From Octopus bimaculoides (lineage: Eukaryota): a stretch of DNA of 64,000 nt. Location: assembly GCF_001194135.2 (NCBI RefSeq), contig NC_068993.1:9645357-9709356 (forward strand), read 5' to 3'. The notes below the pieces were generated by a model. It saw only the letters and a program-made list of their open reading frames with translations. It made no database searches and was not told where the DNA came from. This document shows, one piece after another, positions 1 to 11,700 of this stretch. Both the position numbers and the translations under genes were made by a program. Position 1 is the first letter of the stretch, and every line of letters begins with the position of its first letter.

Positions 1-5
1 ATAAA

Positions 6-232
6 CGAGGGGTACTGAAAAGTTCCTGGCTTTAAAAGTATCGCGAAAAGGCCTGGTTAGAGACCCAACCTTCCGAGTTCTTTTACAGGGCTTATAAAAG
101 CTGAAGGGAAGTTGCAATAATGTGTAAATTTGAGTGGGGAAGTGGGGAATATATTGAAAAAAAAATCATAATTAACTGACTCGCTTGTATTTTCTTTTTG
201 CCGAGAGCCAGGAACTTTTTAGCACTCCATTG
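6..232. mobile_element. Tc1/mariner-like MITE
   Basis: Imperfect TIRs CGAGGGGTACTGAAAAGTTCCTGGCTTT and AGAGCCAGGAACTTTTTAGCACTCCATTG. A homologous partial copy lies in opposite orientation at ~49720-49905. Confidence 0.65.
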
Positions 233-699
233 TGTATTGGTCGGCCCGGAATATTTACCCAAGGTGCCATGCAGTGGGACTGACCCCGGAGCCGTGTGAC
301 TGAGTAACAAGCTTCTTACTATACAGCCACGCCCGAGAGATGAACCCGTGGAAACGAGTTTGTTACTTAATCCTTTCTACTATAGGCACAAAGCCTGGAT
401 TTTGTGTGAAGGCGGACAGTCGATCACATCGACCTCAGTACTCAACTGGTACTTAATTTATCGATCCCGAAAGGATAAAAAAGTAAAGTCGACCTCAGCG
501 GAATTTGAACTCAGAGCGTAGCGGTAGGTGAAATACCGATTAGCATTTTGCTCGGCGTGCTAATGATTTTACCAGCTCACCGCCTTGAGCTTGTTATTTA
601 ATGAAACCAGCTTAATGTGTTGACAGACCTTTCAAAACACCTGGGAACCGTGAGTAAGGCATTAAAAAAAAAAATGTGTCGAGGGTCATTGGCCGTGCA

Positions 700-870
700 A
701 AGGTAGGGAACTCTTGCGTTCTTCAGTCGCTCGGTCTACTAGAAATAGCTGTCAAATTCCCCTTAAAGTACACCCTACCGTCTTAAATAAAGAAGGAACG
801 TATTTGGTAACGTAATTCTAAATAGCATTAAAAATAGGGTTACCACGGCGTGACTGCATGCTGATTGTAG
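700..870 (+). repeat. Degenerate interspersed repeat family F
   Basis: Shared core TAGAAATAGC(T/A)GCCAAAT..CACACCCTACC. Related copies at ~4540-4650(-), 7335-7500(-), 19600-19715(+), 33700-33780. Confidence 0.55.
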
Positions 871-1424
871 TTCCTTTTTATAAAAATTTACCTTGAGCTA
901 AATAACAACTGTTAATTTTTTAGTTTCCGTCAAACAAATCCATACACAAGGCTTTGGTCGGTCCGAAGCTATAGTAGAAGAAACTTGTCCAAGGTGTCAC
1001 GCAGAAGGACTGAACCCCGAACCATATTGTTGGAAAGCAAACCTCTTACCACACAGCCACGCCAGCGCCTATATGTAAACATTTCCTGAAATTTTATTAA
1101 ATTCTCCGCCTCGAATACGTAGTACTCCCTGCAGTCACTTCTTACAGACTCTGCAAACTGTTTATCCTTTTGGTATCCTTCCCGAACCAGGGGCGGACCC
1201 AAGGACGGGAGCTGAGGGACACGTGCCCCACTCAAGAAAAGAAGTGCTCCCTTCTAAATGTTATTACGCACTTTTCTCTTGGGATTGTATTCTCTTCTGA
1301 CCTTATGCCCTCCCTTCGAAAAATTCCTGGGACCGCGCCTGCGAACAAAGATTAACCTTCTAACAAGATTAAGTTCTTTAGGATGACAAACCTGAAGAAG
1401 ATCTGAAGTAGAGAAGTCATGTCA

Positions 1425-1560
1425 TCGATGAGGTTGCAAATGGCGTCGAAAGGATTTTTAACAAACCTTAAATGATTGATTGGTTGATTGAATAACTAAC
1501 AGAACTATCAATCCAACAATCGATTAGTTCATTGGTTAAATGTTAACGAATTGACTAATA
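1425..1560 (+). repeat. Dispersed low-copy repeat also present at ~10800-10920
   Basis: Both copies share GTTGCAAATGGC..TGATTGATTG(G/T)TTGATTGAAT..CAATCGATTA..ATTGGTTAAAT. Confidence 0.55.
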
Positions 1561-2739
1561 AAATCTTTTCCATTATAGGCATAAGGCTTGAAAATTTGAT
1601 GGGAGGGGGAAGTTGATTAAATGGAACCCAGTGCTCAACTGATACTTATGATAGTGAAAGTCGACCTTAGCAGAATTTGAACACAGAACGTGAAGTCGGA
1701 AGAAATAGCGCTATTTTCTCTGGCACAGAGGAAACCTGATCGTGGACTTGTTACATTGTGAACATAACCCCATTATGTTTTCTCACCGTACACGTTTATG
1801 AAACAAAATCATTGTTATGACATTTGCATCAAATGTTACTCATGTATATATATAAACATTTAAGTTTATATAAAAAAAAATGGAAGTAAAATTATAAAAA
1901 AGAAAAAGAAAACGAGGACTGACAAAGACAATTTGAAAAATGTCTTATTTTAAAAATATTCTTTTAATGGTTTCAGCTGTAGTATTGCGGTCATGTTAGA
2001 ATCACCACCACCTTCAAAGGTTTTCGTCAATTATATTAACCCCTGTACCGTTAAATCACAACCTGGTCTTTGGGTGCTTTTTGCATAGCCCATTCTGATA
2101 CAAGGCTTTGGATTAATAGAATTCAATATCCTTATACACTCTATCATTCTTTTTCACTGAATTAACTGTTTAAGCACGAATTTTAGAGAGAATTTGTAAA
2201 ATTTCACGTCGTTGAAGAAATTTAACAAGCTACAGAGAATAAATATTTCATTATAATTTAGTAACTGGAAATTAAATGCCTATCAAAAAAAAAAAAAAAA
2301 TTGTAAGTTACAGCAAAAGTTTCCTCCCTTAATAATGTTTTCCTTTCGTTATTTTTCTGATGTTATTTGAGTAATCTCTCTTGAAATAAAAATATCGATT
2401 TTCATTGATATTGTTGTTCTCGTAAACGTATAATAATCCTAGTGAAACACATTCACTGATTTCAAAAATAGAAATAATACATTTCTAAATCTCTCAGAGA
2501 GATTTGTGCAGTAGTGGTGCAATAAAGTAGTATGCTGTCAACTTAATGTGACAGTCCCATGAAGGGAATAATACTACTGTTATTTAGCCCTAGGAAGCAG
2601 TACCGCTTCCTGTCGGCTTTGACACATTTCCTGTGTCCTTATGTTTATTTCTATTTTTGAAATCAGTGAATGTGTTTCACTAGAATTATTATATTTACGA
2701 GAGCTTGACAGGCATCTCCAACTAGCAGACCATTGCTAC

Positions 2740-2782
2740 TCCAGACTGATGACGAGCAAAGACTCAGAAACATGTCTCTGGA
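2740..2782 (+). ncRNA. Minimal type I hammerhead ribozyme motif (family HH-A)
   Basis: Stem I TCCAGA(2740-45)/TCTGGA(2777-82); core CTGATGA 2746-52; stem II GAG/CTC; GAAAC 2767-71; palindromic ACATGT helix III; GTC cleavage triplet 2774-76. Confidence 0.7.
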
Positions 2783-3163
2783 TGCAGGATTAGCTAATGT
2801 GACATGCCAATGTGTAAAATTTAAAATTCGCTTTGTCAGCATAGATTCATCCTACAGGTTTTTAAGCGCTTGCGATTTACTCCCGAAATTGAAAAAGGAT
2901 CCCTAACTCTTGGAAAAAGAACACCCAATTCTCCCTTAATGATTATAAAGAAAAACAAAGGTGGGGGTTGAGATATAAGTAGTCCTTGTTATATAAAAAG
3001 ACGCTTTTTGCGGTTAGAATACTTGATCACAGGGACCTGCTCGGTTAGGACTGAACGATAAACAAACTCCCTCTCTCTCCCATACACATACACACCTTCC
3101 CTTTTACTACAGTGGAAAGATTACTAACAAAGTCAATTTCGAAAAAAATTTGAATCAATTTTA

Positions 3164-3433
3164 GGCGATCGCTGTGAAGCAACAAACAAGATACTGGCGA
3201 AAAGAGACTGCGTTGCTGTTTTGGAACTCACACGACATTCATAAACAAAGGGAATATCGACATTTCATGCATGAAATAAGTTATTTCGACAGAAACTAGT
3301 TTCTCTGATAATGCAAGTTGTGACATTCGTGTTTTTCTCAGACGTATAACTGATGTAGCCTTAACCAGGAATCGAAACCGTACACGTTACCACTTTTCGG
3401 CAGGACCTTACTTGTTGCTCCACAGCGATCGTC
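3164..3433. repeat. 270-bp foldback/MITE-like element with 22-bp terminal inverted repeats
   Basis: GGCGATCGCTGTGAAGCAACAA (3164-85) vs reverse complement of TTGTTGCTCCACAGCGATCGTC (3412-33), 20/22 identical. Internal palindromes at 3262-3277 and 3291-3304. Confidence 0.6.
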
Positions 3434-3676
3434 AGAGAAAGATAGAATGAATGGAAACAAGCAACGAATATGAACAAAAAAAAAAAGACATTAAAAATAA
3501 GTTTAATAATGTGATTTAAAAAATGATATGGCTACATATATTTGAAGAAATGCATAAGTTTAAAATTTGAAGTTTTTTTGTAAATGTTAATTATTATTTT
3601 GGTTATTAGTTTTCAAATTTTATCGTTGCGGTCCCGACGAAAATAAGCAATGAAATCCTTTGTTGTTATTTGCTCC

Positions 3677-3689
3677 GTAACATGGCAAC
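3677..3689. promoter_or_regulatory. Candidate RFX X-box upstream of SCLT1
   Basis: GTAACATGGCAAC, ending 110 bp before the inferred ATG. The right half-site GGCAAC is perfect; the left half matches GTNRCC at 5/6. RFX control of ciliary genes via promoter-proximal X-boxes is established. Confidence 0.5.
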
Positions 3690-3798
3690 GTACTTAAGGC
3701 ACTAAAAACTTTAAAAAAACATTACCAAAACAACTTTTGTAAACCGTGGAAGATCACTGGAAGTTTATTTATAAGATATTTCCAGTTCTTGCAAAAGA

Positions 3799-6700
3799 AT
3801 GGAGAATACAAATAATAATTTTCTGAAAGATCAAGGTTTGTCTATAAAGCTGAAATTAAATGAAATCCGATCCAGTCTCCCTAATGTCAAAAGATGGGAC
3901 CCCTCCCCTTTTATACAACCGTATTTTACCTTAATCTTGTTAAAAAGCGGGTTGGGAATACGAAAAGAAAAAAAAATATGGGCCCTAATATACGTGGTGC
4001 CTATTTTAAAGACATTAGGGTGTTTCTTTGCCGAGAAAGGTTTAGTTTGTAGCATTAGGTCAAACGTCTCTATAGAAGCTCGGATGTTACTGCTAATAAT
4101 AATGTGTTGTCAAGTAAATACGACTATTTTTCCCTCCTCTACACGAAAGGCATATCGTGCTTAACTCTTCTTTCGTTTTTCTCTGTCATATTTTGAAAGA
4201 TAAACAGCATGCAGTATTTGTTATTTGAATTAATCATATTAAAAGAAACGATTCATTTTTTTGCTTCTTCTTTCTTCTGTATTTCTCCCCACCCCCGGGA
4301 CCATCGCCTTAACAAAACTACGATTTCTAATAAATTTTTCAATAATCCGAAGATCAACCAGTTTTAAGTGCAGGAATGTTGATTGATTGATACTTGTTGC
4401 ATGTTACATTTCCGCACACTATCGTATTATTATTACCGTTACACACACACACATTCCTTGCGATGTTCGAAAAAAAAAATGTTTGCTTCGTTTCATGTCA
4501 GCCCTGGCCCAGCAGAACCATAATGAAAGGCACTGTAATATCAAGGATTACGTTACCCAATACGTCCTTCTTAACTGAAGACGGTGGGGTGTGATTTGGT
4601 GAAGATTTGGCTGCTACTTTTAGCTGCCCGATCGACTTCATGGAGTCTCCCTTATCTCATTCAACGTTCAATAATACATCGCTGTTAATATTATTACAGT
4701 AATACCCCTGTCATGTAAATCGTTTTGATACAAATAAGTGATGGATGCAGAGCCTTAGAGATTTGTATAAACGGAGACCCTTAATCCCTTAAATATAATG
4801 ATAATAAATGCAGGCAGCATCAAAGATTTTAAAGTCAATGGACAGGATCTCTGTGGGATAAACATAACTAAGCTAAGGTTTTAGTGTGTGTGTGTGTAAT
4901 ATTAAAGTTTTTATTTTAGTGTGTTGGCCCTTTTATGGCATATTTTGAATGTTGGTTCGCATTGTTAGGGTTAGGGTTTAATTCATTATTTTATTATTTC
5001 AACATTGACTTATGTGATTTAGTTGAGAGCTCTTGTTTATTTCTGGTCGCCGTGTCCAAAGAACATGACCCTTTTTAGATCAACTGGGAAGATGACCGGT
5101 GAATTATTCTCTTTTCTGCTTATCTAGGGAGATTTTATTTAAACAAGGTATATAACGTTTGAACACGCCGATTTGGATTTGTTAACTGTATTTCGTCAAC
5201 CCGTAGGAATTTATTCGTTGCAGTTAACAGAGAGGTTACATGAGGTAGAGGTACCATAGTTAATGTTTAGAGAACCACAATAAAATAAGGGGCTACAGAA
5301 AGATTCCGTCAAAGATGAGTTAACAAAAGTATGAAGATATGGAGGTGTGTGTGTGTGGGGGGGGGGAGACGTGCGAATGTGGGGAATGAGAATAGTGTAC
5401 CCCATTAGTCAATTAAAAAGTTGGGTTCAAAATTCCACAAGGATACCTGATGAAGGCTGGAGAGTACATTAGCTGAAACGTGGTAGCAACAAACAAGATG
5501 AGGACACCTATCTGTCCATTGTAATTAATGTAAAATAATATGTGTATGTGTGTGTGTGTGTGTGTGCATGTGTAGCTGTGCCATCATCATCATCATTCTT
5601 TTTCCATGTTTGCATGGTTTGGACAAGTCTGACAAGAACTGTCAAGTCAGAGGGGCTGTTCCCAGCTTATTGTCTGCTTTGGCATGGTTTCCATGATTGG
5701 ATGCTCTTCTTAATGCCAACCACTTTACAGAGTGTACTAGGGGCTTTTTATATGGCACCAACACTTGGGATGTCACCAAATAACTTGCAAGACAAGACCC
5801 TTTGACTGGGAGGGTGAGTAGTATTGAGGTGGGGGGGGGCTTTGTGCTAGTTGATGAAAGGGTTAAAAAGTATAATAGAGGGACAGAGATAGGTGCCTTG
5901 CTGTAGAGGAGATACAAGGATATCCCAGTTGGACAAGAAAGGAGGAGGAAAAGTGAGAGATAGTGAGTAAGCTAAAGAGAAAGAAAGAGAGAGAGAGTGA
6001 GATGGTAGTAGTGATGTGTTGGAACATACCTTCAAGGTATAGTGACGGGTGAAGGTAGTTGGACTGGATGAGTGGGCTGGAAGAAAAAAAGGATGAAGTT
6101 TCATAAGAGTATGAGGAGAGATGGTTAGAGATGGGATATTAAAATAAAATCTGTTGAAAATACTTCATAACCGATTGAACTATTAATTCATGCAATTCTA
6201 TATCTTTTCAGTTCAAAGACTGAACAACCACCTCTTGTGGTATCAAGCAAAATATGGTTACTGTCAGGTTGGTAAGCTTTTTATTCTTTTATTCTTTTAC
6301 TTGTTTCAGTCATTTGATTGCAGCCATACTGGAGCACAGCCTTAAAGAGGTTTTTAGTCAAAGAATTCGATCCCAGGACTTATTCTTTGTAAGCCCGGTA
6401 CTTATTTTATTGGTCTCTTGCCAAACTGCTAAGTTACAGGAATGTAAACACACCAACATTGGTTGTGAAGCGATGGTGGGGTCACAGTCACAGAAACAAA
6501 GACACACACATAAATATATATATAGGACAGGCTTCTTTCAGTTTCCATCTACCAAATCAAGTCACAAAACTTTGGTCAGCCCAAGGCTATAATAGAACAC
6601 ACTTTCCCAAGGTGCCACAAATGGAACTGAACCTGCAGCCATGTGGTTGGGAAGCAAGCTTCTTACCACACAGCCATGCCTGCACCTTTATTTTTTATTT

Positions 6701-8752
6701 GCTCATCACATTATTGTTAGTCATTTTAGTTGCGGATATATTACTAATCTGAACAGACTAGATAAATGCTCCTATTGATTTTTATAATAATTTTGGTTAT
6801 GGAGGCATTTTGTGAAATAACTGATTTTTTTTTTCATTTACTGATATATCAAGGTTCATTTGTTTTACATCCCCATTTTTCTATGCTAGCATGGGTTAGA
6901 TGAATATATTATTGTGGCATTGTTTTACAATGCCTCAATAGCGTGCTCTTTCTGTTGCTAAATCTTAAGTGCTTATCAAGAAAAATATCTCTTAATTTAT
7001 ATGTCTTTTGTTTACAGAAGTAACAACAATAATGAGCTGTATTATTTCAGAGAATGCAAATATAAACCATGTGGTTGGTAAGAAAGCTACTTACCACACA
7101 GCTACTCTTGCGCTTTGTTTAAAGAATTTTTTTTTTTTTTTGCAGTTACCTGATAACCAATTTTCTCCTTGGCTTACAGAAGAAAGGTAAAAAATATATA
7201 TTTCCACAATTTACCATGTTTCTGTTTAAATCTGTTAGACTGTGATTTCCAATCAAAAATCAGTCACCTCATTCTCTGTGTTTTGAAGCATATTGGTTTC
7301 ATATCGGACTGTAACATCACAAATGTTGTTGTTGTTCAACCTCATGTCATGATTGATGGGTTCATATACAAAGATGTTCCAGCTTTGATCATCTCATCAT
7401 TCCGAGATTCTAGGAGTACATTATCCAGGGCAGCCTAGGATGTGTTCTGAGGGTGATTTAGCTGTTATTTCTAGGAAGCTGAGCAGCAATGTGGAGCAGA
7501 ATGTTTTTTTTTGTACTGGGGCGGTTACTCATTTTAATACCAGAGGTACCTTGTAAAAGTGGTTGTTGAACCTAGCTGAGACAATATAGGGTTCAGGAGA
7601 CTCTTTAGTCTTGCTGAGGGTGTGGTAACTTCTCTAGTACTGGTGCCACAGATAAAGATACATCCAGTACACTCTATAAAATAGTTGGTGTTAAGAAGGG
7701 CTACAAACCAGAAAATTGCTATTTTTAAATCTCACATCTGTGCTGATAAAGGGAAATAACCCAGAAATCGCGATACACTGATATTGTTTTGAGCTGAGTG
7801 GGGGTGCTAGATTCCCTTGTTCAAAAATGTAAGGACACAGATCGTGTCGTGTAGCTAGCTGGAGACGACGTCTCCTGGGGCTAAATTACAGCAACATTAG
7901 TCCTAAACCAGGACTGCCATGTTATGTTGGCAATCTTTATTACAAACCATGCTAAAATTATGAGATTTGCAAGTGAGATGTGATCCTCTGATTCATTTAG
8001 GAGGGCAGTAACTCCAAATAAGCACTGATCCAGAGTGTGATGACCTGTCCAACTCATGCCTGCCAGCCTTCAGTCCATATATATGCCATAAAATAAAATG
8101 ATTGGAGGAAGCTGTTTGGACATAATTACTCTTGATCTTCAGCTGACATGAACATCACATAATCTCACCTTTTCTGTATCTCTCTCTTCTTTATAAATCT
8201 TGAGTTTTGCGTGCTTATGTAAGAATTTCTTCTTTTCTTTTCTGTTCAGGATATTGACTCCATTGCTTACTGAATATGATTATGTCAACCAGACATTAGA
8301 AGAGCAGCTGAAGGTAAGTGTTTTCTTGTTGTTGTCGTTGTTGTTGTGTCATTGGCATGGATTTGTCATGTCTGTGTTTGTTCCACACCACTGCTTAACG
8401 ACCAGTGTTGGTGCATTTGTGTCCCCATAACTTAGCAGTTTGGCAAAAGTGACCAATAGGCATAGGAGTGTCTGTGTGGTAAGTAGCTTCCTTACTAACC
8501 ACATGGTTCCGGGTTCAGTCCCACTGCATGGCATCTTGGGCAAGTGTCTTCTACTATAGCCTCGGGCCGACCAAAGCCTTGTAAATGGATTTGGTAGACG
8601 GAAACTGAAAGAAGCCCGTCGTATATATGTATATATATATATATATATATNNNNNNNNNNNNNNNNNNNNNNNNNNNNNNNNNNNNNNNNNNNNNNNNNN
8701 NNNNNNNNNNNNNNNNNNNNNNNNNNNNNNNNNNNNNNNNNNNNNNNNNNNN

Positions 8753-8785
<33 letters not shown>

Positions 8786-11700
8786 GTATATGTGTGTATA
8801 TGTTTGTGTGTCTGTGTTTGTCCCCTCAACATCGCTTGACAACCGATGCTGGTGTGTTTACGTCCCGATAGAATAAGTACTAGGCTTACAAAGAATAAGT
8901 CCTCGGGTTGATTTGTTCGACTAAAGGCGGTGCTCCAGCATGGCCACAGTCAAATGACTGAAACAAGTAAAAGAGTAAAAGAGTACATTAGACAAAGTGA
9001 CTGAAGGTTTTAAATCCTAGACTCAAATGCTCTTTTTGAGTAACGATGGACTACACCAGAAGTTCTCAGCATGGGTGTTACCACCCCCAAGGCAGCACTG
9101 GGCATGTTGAAAGTGGGCAGTGAGTTAACACAGCATACCAAATTATACCTATTGTAGTAATTATATTATACATGACACATGATTGTGGTGTTGCAATCGC
9201 TGACTAAGCAATGAAATAAATTTCTTTTGACTAACATTGAGCCTGATATAGAAAATTTAGCCAGATCTCATCAGGTAGAGGGAAGTCGTTAACTCGCAAT
9301 GTATAAAGTAAATTTACAGCTCTTGTCTTTATAAAGTTTTTATCATTTCACTGTTAAAAGCTTATACAATCCATTTTTAGAGTAAAATTTTAAATTACCA
9401 CCCATGTTAAGTTTGTTTAGTCATGATACCTCACTTGCCACCTAGGTAGGTGCTAGGCATAAGAACTACTTAAAAGGGGCTGCTGTAAAAAAAAATAATA
9501 AAATTGGTTAAGAACCATTGGGCTACACTAAAGTTGCTTTATCCTTGGTGCAATATGAATTATACAGCTGTTATTTTTTCTTAAATTATTTCTTGCTATT
9601 TTATTTTCCTTCATTTTCAGCATTCCTCTGAAGAGTTTAAATCACTAAAAGAGGACCTACAAAAAGTTTTAAAAGAAAATGATGAGTAAGTTATATTATG
9701 AAGTTATTAATTGCAATAATAAAACAATGCTGTGATGTAAGAATATGGTCTGATTTGATGAAAATAAGTCAATGAAATTCTGGTTTAAGTACCCCATTAT
9801 AACCCCTCATAACTTTTTCATTTTTTGGAATTTTCAGAAAATTTTTCGTGAATTCCTGTTCTATACATGGGAATTCACATGGTTATGAAAAAAAATGTGT
9901 GATTTAAGAGCAATTTAGCTGCTATTTTTAGCACATCTCATGACCACCTGATACCTTCCTTATTTCGTTCGTGGAACTTGAATTTATGAAATAAGTATGA
10001 GGGGGATAGTCAATTACATCGACCCCAGTACTTGACTGGTATTTAATTTATCGACCCTGAAAAGATGAAAGGCCAAGTTGACCTCAGCGGAATTTGAACA
10101 CAGAACATAGCAACGGGTGAAATGCCGCTAAGCATTTCCTCCAGTGTACTAACGATTCTGTCAGCTTGCCTTATAATAATAATAATAATAATGATTATAA
10201 TCCTTTCAGCTGTAGGTACAAGACCTGCAATTTTGTAGGGAGGGGCTTGTCAATTATGTTGAACCTAGAGCTCAACTGGTGCTTATTTTATCAACTCTAA
10301 AAAGCTGACAACCAAAGGTGACCAAGGTAAAATTTGAACCCAGAACATAAAGCCAGAAGGCTGCCTTATCTTTGTGAAATATATGACGTACATGTTATTT
10401 GAATGAAACTTAAAAAGAAAAAAAAAAGAAAAGCAAGTAGAGTCTCTTGTTATTTTTTTTTTTTTTTTAACTTTAATCATGTAATATCTTTGCAATAATT
10501 TACGATTATTGATTTTTGATTTGGTCATTTTAAAGTTTGAGGAAACGTTTAAAAGAAACTTTAGAATTGGAAGCTGATGCTTTACCTGAAATCATCAAAG
10601 AAACAGACTCTGATCAGAAAACAGTTGAGAATTTTAGGAAACAGATAGCCTTGCTTACAAAGGTAAATGGAGGTTCTTCTCTTTTTTTTCGTTTTTGTCA
10701 TTGTTGTTTGTGTATGTATGTATGTGTGTGTGTGTGTGTTTTAATTATAAATTATTTTCAGACAGGCTTGAAGCAGACTTTGGTAGAGAGAGTATGACAT
10801 TGATAAAGTTGCAAATGGCATAAACAGACTTTGATAAACTTAGCTGATTGATTGTTTGATTGAATGATTTATCAAACAATCGATTAATTAATTGGTTAAA
10901 TAATTAATCTGTTGACAAACAAATAATAAAAAAAGTGAATTAGAACCAGTGTGTGTGTTTATTATTGGCATAATGACCCTCCCAAGATGCAAAATTATTC
11001 ACGATAAAGCTAGCAAAAAGTATGCAATATAAATCCGGAATGGATTTTATTTTATTATGTGTGGCACTTTTGGCAGGGGTCTTCTACTGTAGTCTTAGAC
11101 TGATCTATGATTTGTGAGTGGAAGTGGTTGATGGGGACTGAGAAGAAGTCCATCATGTGTGTGTGTGTACATGCATATGTAGGAATGTCAAATTTGTGTG
11201 CTCTCATTAACACTGCCTCAGTGAAAAATAGTGTTTTAGTTTAGATTGTCCACTAAGCAAAAGACCAACAATAGGGCTGGGCCAATCAAAGCCTTGTGAA
11301 TGAATTTGGTAGACAGAAATGCAAAGGAGACCACTGCATGTATATATATGTGCGTGTGTGTATGTGTGGGTATGCATGTATATGTGGGTGTGTGCATGGA
11401 GATATGTGTACCTGTATTGCTTCTTTTGACACTGCATGATAGATGTAAATGCATATCACTCTCATACAGGTGTTGTTAGTTTCCAATCTTCCTTGAAAGA
11501 CATGTCTACCCATGAAGAAATATTTCCTTGCTTGGAAACAGATAAGGGTTGACAACAGGAAGTGCATCCAGCCATAGAAAATATGCCTTGACATTATTCA
11601 TCTGATCTATGCAAGCATGGAAAATTTGACATTAGCAATTGATGACGACGATGATGATGGTGATAATAATGATGCAGTCAGAGTGCTTTCACATCTTGTT

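Noticed and set aside
4963-4978. TTAGGGTTAGGG telomere-like repeat
   Set aside because: Only two units; not distinguishable from chance or a repeat fragment.
7018-7070. Extra SCLT1 exon after the TTTACAG acceptor at 7017
   Set aside because: It gives an immediate stop in phase 0, lacks a convincing donor in the needed phase, and its 3' part is a SINE-A fragment.
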